Below, one piece after another: positions 24,255 to 37,165 of a stretch of 64,000 nucleotides of DNA. The stretch is from Trichoplax adhaerens (taxonomy: Eukaryota > Animalia > Placozoa): NCBI RefSeq assembly GCF_000150275.1, contig NW_002060949.1, positions 5,203,006-5,267,005 on the forward strand. Direction: 5' to 3'. The position numbers and the translations under genes were made by a program. Each line of letters begins with the position of its first letter. The stretch's first letter is position 1. The notes below the pieces were generated by a model. That model made no database searches and was not told where the DNA came from. It saw only the letters and a program-made list of their open reading frames with translations.

Positions 24255-27200
24255 TTAAGTATTTATATGTAGTCGTTTTACACCACATTCGCAGCAAAAT
24301 TTTGCATTTTGAACTGGATATTTTGTACCACATTCGTGACAGAATTTAGGTTTGGCTTGTGAAAGAGCGCTACTAGTCGAAGTATCATAAGTATCTTTAT
24401 TTTGTCGACTTCCATTAAATGTACCTTTCGGAATTGTTCTGTTTTGGCTGAAAGATAAATATCTTTGTTTATTCCTGTTTACTTGAATACCTCCCTTATT
24501 ACTGAAACTATTGTATACGTGTATATCCAAAATAAAAGCGCAAATTGAAACTCCGTCCATACCTGATCTTGCTTGCAGAGTTGCCAGATCTTGAATTTTC
24601 GTCTCCACTAGTTGTACGATGATAACCTTATGAAGATGGATTAAATTAAATTATGAATTGCGATCATCTTAAAATACACTATTTTGAGTACTAAGCCTAA
24701 TGGATATCTACATGCGTGATAAGCTACTTCTACGGATGGAAAATGAAATAGAAATTTATTTTTGAAGAAATGATACAAATACGTAAACATCCACCAGCGT
24801 GCGTTGTATATTCCAGCTCGCACATTAACCACAAAGAAACACTTTATCTACTACGGAAGAATGATAGACTCACCATATGATGGCTTTTTAATACCAGTAG
24901 AAGGAGCTTTTAGCCCGTATGATCCAGTTGACTTTCCTCCTATCGTCATAGTTTTCTTGGAAGGTATCGAACTACTTGCAAATTGATCATGATTCTTAGC
25001 AGATCCGGATGAAGGCTTACGATCAACTTGATCTATATTCGCCCTTGAGGTAAGTGCATTTCTACTCGTAGCAGATATTGGAGTTGACATCTGCTTACTT
25101 GAAGATCCTTTCGGCATAGGTGGTTTATACTAAATTGATTGAAACGAAATATTGAATTGCAAAGAAAAATTTCAACATTATTGGCTTTACGCAATTAGTT
25201 ACCTGAGTCCTCTTATTTAACTGCTGTTTTGCACTATTACGGGGTACTCTTTGAGATTGTTCTTTACAAAATTTAATATGGCGTTCAGCTGAGTCAGGAT
25301 TAAAGCGCCGTTGACAATAAGGGCATTGAACAAGACTAGGATCAATTTTCGATGGGGGTGGAGGCGGTAATGGCTTGCCTTCCTTGACTGCTTGAGTTAC
25401 TTTCCTTGCACTACGAATGGTACTAAGAAAGTCCTCATGTTTTTGTTTCCAGTTTCCTCCCTTTGGTTTATCCTGAATTATTCAGAATACGCGATAGCGA
25501 TACTAACATTATACGATTTCATCTTATGCTGTATCCAAATTTTAGTCTTAAGGTCTAAATATCATTACAAAAATTGCTCTATTTCAAGTGTTATACTTTT
25601 TATTATTAGCTTATAAATAGATAATAATTTGGATTGATCTTGGCTAAACAGTATTAATTATCTTTTAATCGTAGCAACTTGCGCAATTATTGGAAGGTAT
25701 ATAAAATAAGCTCATTCCAGACCACAGGAATGTTAAATCGTGTTTTATTTACTGCTAAATGTATTATTTCAATTCAACCATGCAATTTCACATATCTACT
25801 GTACAGTATAAGCCACTTCGGCAAAGTCTGAAATGATGAAATTCTATCATGGTATAAAATAGATATTGCTATTTACTACCTTCTTATCCGTTTCTTTTAA
25901 AGCTTTCAACGCTTGAGTTTTGTTTATATCCGTTCCAAGCATGCGTTGATTAAAAGAATTAAATACTTTCCTCTTCTTATTGGCAGATTTTTGGCAAATT
26001 TTCTCATGTCGAGCCTAAAAACGTTACGCATTACATTTCTAATTTAGTATGCGCTTGTCAATCTCAAATTTGAATGTCTGTAATATATCGATATGAAGTG
26101 GTTTGTAATGTATACTATTGTAGATTTTCGATAATACATGATTATATCTACTCACCATAAAACTCTACAAATAAAAGTCATACAATCTTTTAACAAATGC
26201 TCATATCATACTAAAATATCGTAAAGCATTATGTATACAATTATTATTCTAGGATAGGGTCGTATGAAGGATAATTAACATTTTACATATATAAAAATTA
26301 TTAAATTGTTATAATATAGTAAGACACAAGGATTAGTTTTCACTGATCAAAATTAGGCTACTTTGTACAATTTCTGTAACTTTTAATAGATAAGACTAAC
26401 TCAGTTTCCTGCTATACCTATCCTAATGCCTTTTCCGTCGATAATAAACTTATCAAATAAAGTGTACCCACACGGCCATAATTTTATTAATAGCTACTTT
26501 AATAAATTCTACCTATTTGCTATTCATTATGCTACGTATCAATAATATTTGATTATAATCAGAACTGTATGAAATGCTTATCTTTCCAATATAACATCTT
26601 ATGAACGGTTGTAGTTATTAAATCTTACTATAGTAAATAAAAAGTAATAGAGATACTACAACCAATAGTAGCGCAAGCTATAAGAAATGTAAGCTCAGAC
26701 TGGGTATCATTTCTGCACTCTAATTTTTACTTAATGGATTGAGTATACTCTGCATAGTAAATAAATTAACCAAATAAAACGAGAGAAGCATAATTCAAAA
26801 GTTGAATCGGTCAAGAAACGGAAGCTAGAATAGTGATTATTCTATCTAATTATTAGTGTGAGTGCGTTACTGGGGCTATTTATTTGAAAACACTTTTTGA
26901 GAATGTATTTGGGTCATTAATGTGAGAAAATTGAGTAACAATGTTATACAGGGGATATAGTATGTGTTTACTACAATCTACTATCATCAAGCAGGTCCAT
27001 CTACGGGTATAGCAACTTATATTTACGCGTGCCGTTTCTTTTACTTACCAAGACATCGGGATTAAAGGTGCGTCCGCAATGACTACAAGGAGCGAATTCA
27101 CTTGGATCGTAATCTGTAACAATCAATTTATGTATTCAAATAATATCAAGGCAATCTTATCATTTCTATTCATATCTCTATCAAAATATGGCCGAACTAG

Positions 27201-27398
27201 CAATCGATTATTTCATTCACATCTCTATACCGTGATCTCTATGAAACGAGTTAGTTATAGTGGATTAAAGTGTACATCGTTAATTGAATTGCAAAACTCA
27301 GAGTTGATTAATTTTTCATTGAACCCCCTGATCCGGGTTGTGTTTATAATAACACGGAGAAAGATAAAATTTAGCCTACCTTCTATTTCTTCATCCAT
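24255..27398 (-). CDS. ZC2HC1A: Zinc finger C2HC domain-containing protein 1A (FAM164A)
   Basis: Exons give MDEEIE...PCSHCGRTFNPDVL-ARHEKICQKSANKKRKVFNSFNQR...NWKQKHEDFLSTIRSARK...GKPLPPPPPSKIDPSLVQCPYCQRRFNPDSAERHIKFCKEQ...KFCHECGTKYPVQNAKFCCECGVKR. Confidence 0.93.
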
Positions 27399-28728
27399 CT
27401 TGAAGGGATCAGTATCAAAAGTTTGTGATCGATTAAGAAACTATATGAGACTATAGTAGTGCACGCTAGTGCTGCTTTTATGAGTATACGCGTATATATA
27501 CTACACATTGTACATGGCCAGTAGTACGAGGTGGTATACTGTGCTAAGTGCATACGTACTATAGAATATCAACGTACAGAATTCAAATTCCATTGATGAC
27601 AACGCCTCCAATAACTGTCAGTACGTTATTAATTGACTACGATTTTTAGTACTATGGTTGCATACTGCACAAGACAAGGCATACAAGTAACATTATATTA
27701 TCTACTCCCGTAATACTAATTTATATCCAATGTTCGGTTTGAACTACAGGTTGATAACAGTATAGACTTTATCAAAAATCTTTACGTATTCAAGTTGTAT
27801 CCTAATATTGAGGGTACTGTGAACGTAAATTGGCGTAAAATAATTCAATATCTTTGCTATTTTATCGTCATGATCTGCTATCTCAGTTTATGTCAAGCAC
27901 AAGCAGACATTAAATTCCCTGAAAGTTTCATGAAATTGGACTATATGAGGCTCTTTGCCGCAATTCTATCTATTGTATAATACTGTACTGTATATTAATG
28001 ATTCTTGACTCAACTATAATAATACGACTACAATATCAATCATATAATATTCGCATCAGAAGAAGTGAATCATATTTCTTGACCAGGAGAGATCTTGGCA
28101 ATAAAACACACATGTACAGGCTTCAATCATTAATGTGTATATGACCAGAGCTTGACTAATGGTTGACTTTCTTTTAACTTCGAGCTAAGGCCATAAAGTA
28201 CTCGTTTTAAGCGTATTTATGATCATGTAAACAATCAATGCGAGCTCTTTTCTATTTACAGTTAGAAAAGGACTTGGCAACGAAATAAGATTTTACTTAT
28301 ATTGATAACGATTGCTATGGTACTTTAGTAAAATATCCATCCATTGCTATAGAATTGGCCTTAGTTATTACATTATTATTTTCCTCTACTGTACATAATA
28401 CAATCTAGAGTACAGTAGGAATGTTTCGTTCTGGAAAAGGCCTTGGCAACGATTTACGAGCAACATTACTCCAATCACTACAGCGTATATCATCTACGAT
28501 GGTATTCCGGACGGTATGTTACGTAGCAGTCTTCTGCATTTGACGAAAAGCTATACCCTATTCAAAGTTCTAGCGCCAATTTATAGGCCGTTGGCTGGTA
28601 GTTTCAAAACTGACTTGACATGGCCTAGCTGGTAGTATGGTTGTTAACAAACTTGCAATCAGATTGCTATAGCAACGGAAGGTCTGGTCATGCGCACTTC
28701 TACAAGTAACTCGATGACGGTATTGGAT

Positions 28729-29217
28729 CAGTTATTTTAACTGTATTTAAGCTCTCTTTTACCGTCCAGTGTACTCCAGTATACACTGCAGTACTATGTA
28801 TGATTACAGAGATAGCGTACAGTAAAATGACCAGCCCCAAATTCTTACCAGCATTATCAGTCTTTCCGTCTCATCCATCCTCGATTGGCCACGGATATTC
28901 CTAGCAGTAACCTGACTACTGTATTTTACAAGTCATTTTAACTGTACTTTACCTCTGTAACCGAACGGTGTACAGTAAGTGTGCATCACTCCTTGGCTAG
29001 CTGACAGTCCCGTGTATGGTTACAGAGACAGCGTACATTAAAATGACTAGTCAAAAAGTTGCTTATGCCAATGGGGTCCGGCACGGCGCGATACGGCACG
29101 GTACCGGTTATGTTTTAGTCTTGTCTGTCCTGTCCATGGATTGGCCATATTTCTATTAGGAAGCGGATTCCTTTACCAGTCATTTTAAGTGTAGTTACCT
29201 CTGTATCCATACACTAT
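28729..29217. repeat. Degenerate tandem units, each containing an imperfect ~35-bp-arm inverted repeat (MITE-like)
   Basis: At 28931-29048 the left arm agtcattttaactgtactttacctctgtaacc pairs with the right arm ggttacagagacagcgtacattaaaatgact. A related copy lies at 28729-28833 and a left arm only at 29178-29217. Confidence 0.6.
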
Positions 29218-29566
29218 ACTGCGTACAACTCTTTTCCTATTTTTTGGTACAAGAAACCTTTGTTCTTTGATCTGATCTCCACTCGAATAAAAGGTCGCCA
29301 GATCTCTAGGAAAATGGTGGGGATCAGGCTAATGAGCATACCTTTCTTGGCATCCTATAACATGAACCATTTGACCTTGTAGAAAGAGTGATTGTCCATT
29401 TCATCGTATGCCTTGTGTTAAGGCCATTCGCCCTCTCTGTAACGTCCACGGCACTGTACAAAGTTACTACAAACATGGCTGACCTCGTCGGCTCGTCCGT
29501 CCATCCCGTCTCTCCTTTTCAAAAGTGATCCTTGAATGACTAGAATAGGATTGATCGATCAGGTGA

Positions 29567-29804
29567 GAAGGTAACACAATGGAACCTTGTTCGATATCAA
29601 CAAGTCTTTTGTAAGAATAACAATAGGAATAAATTGGGCAACCAATGAGAGAAGAAATGGAATAGCGTGGGCGTAATTCATCAACGAAGGCAACACAATA
29701 GAACCTGGTTCGATATCAATAAGTCTTTTGTAAGAATAACAATAGGAACAAATTGGGCAACCAATGAGAGAAGAAATGGAATAGCGTGGGCGTCATTCAT
29801 CAAC
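29567..29804. repeat. 119-bp direct tandem duplication upstream of FDFT1
   Basis: 29567-29685 and 29686-29804 are near-identical (gaagg(t/c)aacacaat...gtgggcgt(a/c)attcatcaac). Confidence 0.92.
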
Positions 29805-30258
29805 ATATGGGCATTGTGTAGTAAAGCAAATGTAGGCCACGGGGAGTGGGTTCGACACCGATTAGACCTACTCTGTACTCTATTTTGATACAGTATACAG
29901 GCGTTGGCTGGCGCTTCAACCCTATGCCCGTTGATCTTATGGTCATGGTCATTTCAAGCTGTACACTGTATCGTACTTTGTACTCATAGAATTGACCCGG
30001 CACTGAGGAATGTTTGATACAGTCTACTGTCCGTATGGATACCCAGTCATCCCTTGGCTATTCACAATAACCCCCTCTACCACTTGTATTGCCCACTGAC
30101 TCATGGATGATACACTACACTAGGCGTTGGCATCACCGACTCGCCAACACTCATCGTCGTTTTTTTTTTGGCTCCTCCTTTTTCTTCCTCGACCTTTCCA
30201 ACCAAGTTGACGACGACTTGCTGCAAATTGAAATTCATCTTATACCACTTCTGCCAAG

Positions 30259-33200
30259 ATGGAATTAGTCAAATCGATCACTCGTCCTAGCGAATTTCTT
30301 GCATTGATCCAATTCCAGTTTGGAGCGATGAAAACTGTGCAAATCCAGGATTGGGTAAGAGAGCATGAGCAGATATCCAAATGATCATCATCAATTCATA
30401 GCATTTGCTCCTTTCTAGTAGCGAATGCATCGTGTTCTTCTTGGATCTCATCCAGATAGGGGTATAGAATCAATCGTCTGTCTATTGCTTATTGCTTACT
30501 GTGCAAATCCAGCATTGGGTAAGAGAGCGAGAACGGATATCCAATCGATGATGATGATGATCAATTCATAGGATAGTTCCTTTCCGATCATCATCGTCAT
30601 CCATTCATAGGATTTGCTCCATTCTAGTAGCGAATACATCGTGTTCTTCTTGGATCTCATCCAACTAGGAGTATAGAATCAATCGTCTGTCTATTGCTTA
30701 TTGCTTACTGTGCAAATCCAGCATTGGGTAAGAGAGCAAGAACAGATATCCAATCGATGATGATGATGATCATCATCATCGTCATCAATTCATAGAATTG
30801 CCCCTTTCTAGTAGCGAATGCATCGTGTTCTTCTTGGATCTCATCCAAATAGGAGTATAGAATCAATCGTCTGTCTATTGCTTATTGCTTACTGTGTAAA
30901 TCCAGCATTAGGTAAGAGAGCAAGAGCGGATATCCAATCGATGATGATCATCATCAATTCATAGGATTGCCCCTTTCTAGTAGCGAATGCATCGTGTTCT
31001 TCTTGGATCTCATCCAAGTAGGAGCATAGAATCAATCGTCTATCTATTGCTTATTGCTTACGGTGCAAATCCAGCATTGGGTAAGAGAGCAAGAACAGAT
31101 ACCTAATCGATGATGATGATGATCAATTCATAGGATTGCCCCTTTCCGATCATCATCGTCATCAATTCATAGAATTGCCCCTTTCTAGTAGCGAATGCAT
31201 CGTGGTCTTTTTGGATCTCATCCAAATAGGAGCATAGAATCAATCGCCTATCTATTGCTTATTGCTTATGGTGCAAATCCAGCATTGGGTAAGAGAGCAA
31301 GAACGGATATCCAATCGATGATGATGGTGATCAATTCATAGGATTGCCCCTTTCCGATCATCATCGTCATCAATTCATAGAATTGCCCCTTTCTAGTAGC
31401 GAGTGCATCGTGCTCTTCTTGGATCTCATCCAAATAGGAGTATAGAATCAATCATCTATAGCTTATTGAAACATATTCTCCACAAGAATGTCAAAATGCA
31501 GTGATGGTATACACACACAATACAATATTGGATATGGTGCTAGCATGATCCATAGATAAAAAAAATTATCTATCGTGCAGTGCTGTATTTGTGCTTGCGC
31601 TCATCGTTGCCTCTTTTCATTGCTTGAACACCATTAGACCAGTGTTCAAAGACGTAACGGTAAACTGCTGTGGGAAGACTAAGCTGCTCGGTAGTGTTAC
31701 ATGACTACAAGCATAAAAACAGTATAAATTAGATGAGAAAATGGCTAAAGATATCAACAAGAGTTTTTGGGATTAACTTACCCTTGTCCATGCGTTCCAT
31801 GATGCTATGAAATCGATCTATTATTAGAATAAATTTTTCAAATTATTTGTTGTCTTAAAGAATGATCGAAACGCTTCATTTGTTTAGAATACCACTTCAG
31901 TACAAATTATTCCAACCCAATGCTCCATGAATGAGTTACTTTACAAATCTGCCGATATACTATTGCCGATGACTGCTATACCACGTTAATATTGCACATC
32001 AATTAAGTTTATTTTACCAACAGCTTATTCAGTAAACCGCTATCAATTATATAATATAATCTATTCCACGTGTTCTGAATGATATGCATACAGGATAGCG
32101 CTTGCCAGAATCAATCTCAACCATGATAATATCATCAGGCAATGATGAAATGGCAATTCTCTTACTTTTATTTACTTCGATAACCATTTTTTACCCATTT
32201 TAAAAAATCTTTCCTACACCCACTTTATACACAGCTCCAATTCTACCTAGAACGTTGAGGTGTCTAGTATACATAAATTAGATAATCACAATATTTTCAA
32301 GCTAAACAATCCTCCACCATCATCCTCACTAAAATTGAACCCTCTCTACTTACAAAGTATAGTCAACGCTTGTACTTTGTCTTTTTATTAACACAAGATT
32401 GTATCGCCTTGAAAATTAGATTCACTATCCATCTCCGTTTTGTACTCGCATACAGTTGTTTCTATCATACTCTTATACGTACAATTGGTAATATTAAATG
32501 ATCGACTAGAAATGTATACAGCTAGGGTTGACTCTCACAATATCAAGAAAATGCAATATTGACTACCAAATGAGCCATTTATATCACATTTCGCCACTAC
32601 AGATCGAATTAAAAGTTATGCAATCAATTCAATATACTGTATGCGCACCACTTCCATGATCAAATCATGTCATTCCCTGACTGTACGAGTAAGTATGCCG
32701 TCAAATCAATATTCTACCGATGCTGAATAGGTCATCGTAACTTCAGTTGGACCTTTTAATGCATTGCTACTACATTCCCTTTAGTGTAGGAATAAATTGA
32801 ATTCAATTTATTTAATTTACATGGTGTTGAATAATTAAAACGCTTTTTCCAATCACAATTTTAGACTATAGATCAGGATTGCCCTGAAAGTACCTACTGT
32901 ACTATAGAATAGATTCGGTTTTACAAGGCTGCAATTATAATCAATTTCATGATTCCATCATTGAAAGTATTTCCTATCAGAGTACAAGTAGATACAGCGC
33001 TGGAAAAAAATACCCCTACAAAATTTTATTTCTCGCTGTTGCTTTAAAATGAGTTTGGTGTTCTTATACCAAAAACGATTCTGATATATAACCTTCTCAA
33101 TATTTATCAATCTTGCAAACGGTATAATATAGACAACTACAATTGTAGCAGGACATACTACAACTTATGCTAGTGGTATAGTCTACATGTGTTTAGTTAA

Positions 33201-36200
33201 AAGGCCTTTTATCAACCATTTTAATTGTTTATTCTACATTTATATTATACCAGTATTTTATCAAGTAACAATCTATTCGAATTTTATTTCGATTTCGTAT
33301 ATTGATCTACAATTGAAAATTGATTCGGCCATATTATAGTATCCTTTTATTTGTAGTACGAATCGGTGATGGTTAACCATTTCTACGGCATTTAATTCAT
33401 TCAATTATGCGAGTATCAACTAGTTTGTGCGGCGTTATCACCCTACCAATTCATTTATAAGTATTTATTAATTGACAGTCATCAAGTACTGTACTGTATT
33501 TGTTTATGCTATGACGACTATCGCTGATAGAGATGGATATTTTTGTATATTGCAACTATGGATTGTACCCAGACTTTGACAGACTGTCAATGCAATCAAT
33601 GCAGTACATTCTTCCTTTGCATTATTAATTCAATATTGCAATAGGAATGTGCATATGACTGCGATTATAGATATTTACTGTGGTCCCTAGTCACTTACGA
33701 TTGATACAGTTTGCATCCTTTTCTATAATAATTATCATTAATACTCGTATACTATATATTACAATACAATATTTAAAAGTGAGGCTTTAGCTATCATTTT
33801 TATGCCACTTAAAGAGTATTACAATATCATTTGTAGAACTACACATTTAAAGCCACCATTATGATTTTTGATGACTTTCGTTTTATAAGTACATAATATT
33901 CATTCATAAATTACTATCAACGTTATTTATCATCTATAGCATACACTTGTGTCACTATTGGTTATGAATACCTTATGAAAACTTTATGGAAATTGATAAC
34001 CAAATAATGACAGGATACCCTTAAAAACATCATTCAGGCCAATCGTGTAGATATTAACATCATTTGCTCATATTTGTGTCTTGTAATGTATCTATCTAAT
34101 GTTGTAGCAAGCTTCCTGCTAACATTATACCGAACATGAATATGTAATTATTAGTTGACGATACATCTACATAGTGCATTTAATAATGTATTATAACTCT
34201 GCTATCATTTCTTACCTCCTTTCATATGTTGTAGACAAAATTGTCCCCAACTCTTAAGAGGTGTTACCAATTTCTGGTTATGACAAGTCGTAGTTTTGCT
34301 TCTGTCATACAAGCCCTTGATGGGGAACTAAGGTTAGTATTGCTAATTATCATATTTTTCATCGTACATACTTTAAAGATACACATGGTAAAAATAGATA
34401 TTTCAATGAAAAAGTATACGTAATCATTTTAAGGATACTTTATCACATATATACGTACCAGTATATATATTTAAGATTATGACGTAAAGAGTTATGGTAC
34501 AATTAACTCCTTTACTATAATTAATTATCAACTAAAAACGATGCAGTTTATGACTGTAATTGCCCATATTTTACACCGGAAACTCAAATACTACAGTATC
34601 TATCGCAAAATTGGAAGGACACACAAACCTACTTTCGTCAACATTACAATACTTTTGTGCTATTACAATATACATACAGTGGATTAGTAATAAATTAATT
34701 CAAATTGTAGCTACAAATCTACAACGTTACAGAACCAGTTATTGCTAGTCAATGGCTGATGAAGTGCATTTGCACATTATATTGAGATTTCAAATGTAAT
34801 TATAGGGATGCTATATGTATATTTTATTTGGTCTTACGTGCCTTGGATACACTCGAGGACGATATGACGATTCCAGTTGAAGAAAAAACGGCCTTAATGA
34901 AAGAGTTACACGAAAATTTATACAACCCAGAGTGGAAATATAGGAGAAGTCAAGAAGTTGACAAAATTGTCTTAGAAGAGTTTCCAGTTGTAAGTAAATA
35001 ACTTGTCACCCATCCAATTGGCTACGTAAAATTGACCAATTAACCATTCTATTTCGTTGGTAGATTTCTGCGGAATTTCGAAATTTAGATAAATCTTATA
35101 GAGATGTTATACAAGAAATTACAAAAAGAATGGCCGACGGCATGTGCAAGTACTTAGATTGTGCTGACGTTAACTCTTTTGAAGACTGGAACGAGGTAAT
35201 TGTATACAACTGAATATTATAATTAATCGTAATTTGGTATAACTCACTCACTAAGTACAAGTTTACTGAATCTAAATTTTTTTTTTCAATGGATTATTTT
35301 AGTACTGCCATTATGTAGCTGGTCTAGTTGGCATAGGACTTTCCAGAATATTTAGTGCGTCAAAGTTGGAAGATGAAATTGTCGGAGAAGATGAACCATT
35401 ATCTAATTCAATGGGTCTGTTTTTACAAAAGACCAACATTATTCGCGATTATTTAGCTGATATCCAAGAAGGGAGAAAATTTTGGCCAAAAGAAGTAATC
35501 TATTAAGATTGTTCTAAATTGAAATACTCAAAGTTAAAATAATTTGGATATAATTAAGTTAGAAATAATAAAGCGATAACTATTTCCGTATCGAAATTTA
35601 CAAATGTTTTATAGGCCTGGTCAAAATTTGCAAAGCGACTGGAAGATTTTCAAGATGCTAGTAATAGGGATGAAGCCGTTCGTTGTCTAAATTTTTTAAT
35701 TACTAACGCGTTACATCATGTACCGGATGCCATCAAATACTTATCCAGATTAAGAAATCAGTCTGTTTTTAATTTTTGTGCTATTCCTCAGGTACTCAAT
35801 GAGTCTGTATTTTATCCAACGATGGAAACATACGAACTTGACATTAATATGGTAATAACTACATATTTCTTCTCCAGGTTATGGCTATTGGTACATTAGC
35901 AGTGTGCTATAACAATCCTGATGTTTTCACGACTGTGGTTAAGCTACGCAAAGGTCAAGCTGTTTATATGATGAAGCGTGCAGTGAGTTTAAATGCTGCT
36001 AAAATAATTTTTCACGACTTTGCAGCTGAGGTAACTATTATTGTTCGTGATTAACTTACCTTACTTAATACACTACTACTATACTGTATACATAAGTAGA
36101 ATAAAAACGGAATCATTATTAAATTTTTGTAATTATTTTCATTGTGTATACCTTTACTTTTAATTTTAATTGCGCTCTCACATTTTAAATTTAGATTGCG

Positions 36201-36389
36201 AAAATTGCACCAAAAAATGATCCAACTAAAGATAAAACTCTCCAAATCTGTGAAACAATCTTGATGTTGACTCATGTAAAAGATTCCGGTTCATCCTACT
36301 TGCCAGTATTATCAGCCAGTAGTGTTGTTCTATTTACGGCTCTTTGGTACTATTATAACGGAACCGAACAGGTCTATCGCTTTTCTTAA
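30259..36389 (+). CDS. FDFT1: Squalene synthase (farnesyl-diphosphate farnesyltransferase)
   Basis: Exon 1 30259-30354 [19 protein letters not shown]; exon 2 from 34235 [24 protein letters not shown]; then [78 protein letters not shown] and a C-terminal TM segment. Stop at 36387-36389. Confidence 0.97.
30334..31458 (+). repeat. Tandem repeat (6 units, 164-209 bp) starting inside FDFT1 exon 1 and copying its splice donor
   Basis: actgtgcaaatccag(g/c)att(g/a)g|gtaagagagc recurs with donor GT at 30355, 30519, 30728, 30912, 31081 and 31289. Length variation comes from (GAT)n(CAT)n tracts and an internal sub-duplication. Confidence 0.95.
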
Positions 36390-37024
36390 CACCGCTGCTG
36401 TATCATACTAAACTACCTTTCGAATGAACGCTACACCTTATAGATATTGTAGCTTAATGAAAGTACAGAATCATGTTTTTGGTATTGTTAAGATCAACAT
36501 TTTCACTAACGTCTAACTACGCTTATATCTGAGAATTATTCACTATTTTGACATGTTGTAGCTTGCAAGGTTTATGCTACGGTATCACAACAGTGACGTG
36601 CACGGCAATAATAAGTATTTTAATGCCTATCTTGATTTGTGAAAGATGTAAATAGCCTTTGTATGCTTTTAGTCACTTACAGCTTACAGCTACAATCCGT
36701 TCAGCGAATGATTAAAATGGTAAGCATTAGTTATTGCGTGAAAAGTATTCTCTTCCGTACCGTACATATGGCATCCCTATCGCCTTTACAAATTTTACCA
36801 GTTGAAATATGTAGCATTGTTTCTAGCGGTTTATTGTCTTATGCATACCTATAGATGCTAATTGGAATATAAAACTGATTACTTTGCCATGTTTGTTTCA
36901 CCTAAACTCGAAAATGCAAATATATAATTCATGATAGGAAAATGATATATGGCCAAATAAAAAATTGACAACTTTAATTTATTTTCAATTGAAGTGATGA
37001 GTCCATCACGTTGTATACACATAG

Positions 37025-37165
37025 ACACTTGATGAGCAGGATTCATAGGTAGCAGTTCTAAACATTCCGTCAATTCCAGGATCTAGCATGCGCATACACT
37101 TGGCGAGCAGGATTCATAAACATACGTAATTCTAAATATTCTATCGATTCCTAGAGTCTATCATG
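37025..37165. repeat. Degenerate ~71-bp direct duplication
   Basis: acacttgatgagcaggattcata...ttctaaacattc and acacttggcgagcaggattcata...ttctaaatattc. Confidence 0.65.

Noticed and set aside
29820-29870. B-box-like gggttcgacacc suggesting a tRNA or SINE
   Set aside because: No convincing A box, acceptor stem or cloverleaf could be built around it.
30334-31458. Repeat-spacer-like pattern resembling a CRISPR array
   Set aside because: Units are homologous along their whole length with no unique spacers, the context is a eukaryotic intron, and there are no cas genes.
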